From NCBI GenBank assembly GCA_001643675.2, contig LSRY02000025.1, forward strand, positions 930,001-994,000: a stretch of 64,000 bases of DNA. Direction: 5' to 3'. The notes below the pieces were generated by a model that was not told the DNA's origin, did no database searches, and saw only the letters and a list, made by a program, of their open reading frames with translations. This DNA is from Monocercomonoides exilis PA203 (Eukaryota > Protista > Preaxostyla). Below, one piece after another: positions 63,721 to 64,000 of the stretch; the first letter of the stretch is position 1, and each line of letters opens with the position of its first letter. The position numbers and the translations under genes are program-made.

Positions 63721-64000
63721 AAACCAATGAATGAAATGATGACTCATTTAGCAACAAAAAACAACCAGCGGAACTTCAATCGACTTGCTTCCTGACTCAA
63801 CTGATCGTGAAATCCGCATTGTATTCTTTATCTTCTGCATTGCCTCGTTTTCCATCTGTCAATCAATCAATCAATCAATGAGTCTGTCTGTCTTTTTTTC
63901 TTTGTCTTCATCTTCTTTTTTCATACATGTTTTGAGCTCCATCCAGCGTGTGACTTTCAACAATGGAAGGAATTGTTCCAATTTCTGAGCAGACAAAATG

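Overview
Eukaryotic (protist) genomic DNA in the standard genetic code, with short AT-rich GT-AG introns, AT-rich intergenic DNA and GC-richer, poly-Ser-rich 3' exons. The style, and the receptor family at 47.6-55.3 kb, resemble the oxymonad Monocercomonoides; this is inference, not verified. From left to right the window holds: a giant Furry/MOR2/Tao3 gene (minus strand, at least 5,892 aa) whose last exon stays open for at least 17,028 nt and which the ORF track misses because it runs off the window; an RG-rich unknown gene; PheRS beta with Cys-rich inserts; a 530-aa surface protein; a dead pogo-like DDE transposase beside a near-perfect ~440-bp-arm inverted repeat, bracketed by short TIR-like motifs; CSN1; a Kelch/PSI membrane protein head-to-head with RPL32; casein kinase 1 with a ~1,550-aa Ser-rich tail; an AK8-like adenylate kinase; a telomere-motif cluster and a candidate structured RNA; a ~2,560-aa single-exon receptor pseudokinase with a repeated beta-helix-like ectodomain; two TA-flanked MITEs; a SPRY-like gene; a membrane-anchored phospholipase B; and decayed ORF remnants. 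The best candidates for new biology are the modular receptor-pseudokinase/short-paralog surface family with its flanking structured element and MITEs, the paired-TIR transposon architecture, and the giant Furry exon.
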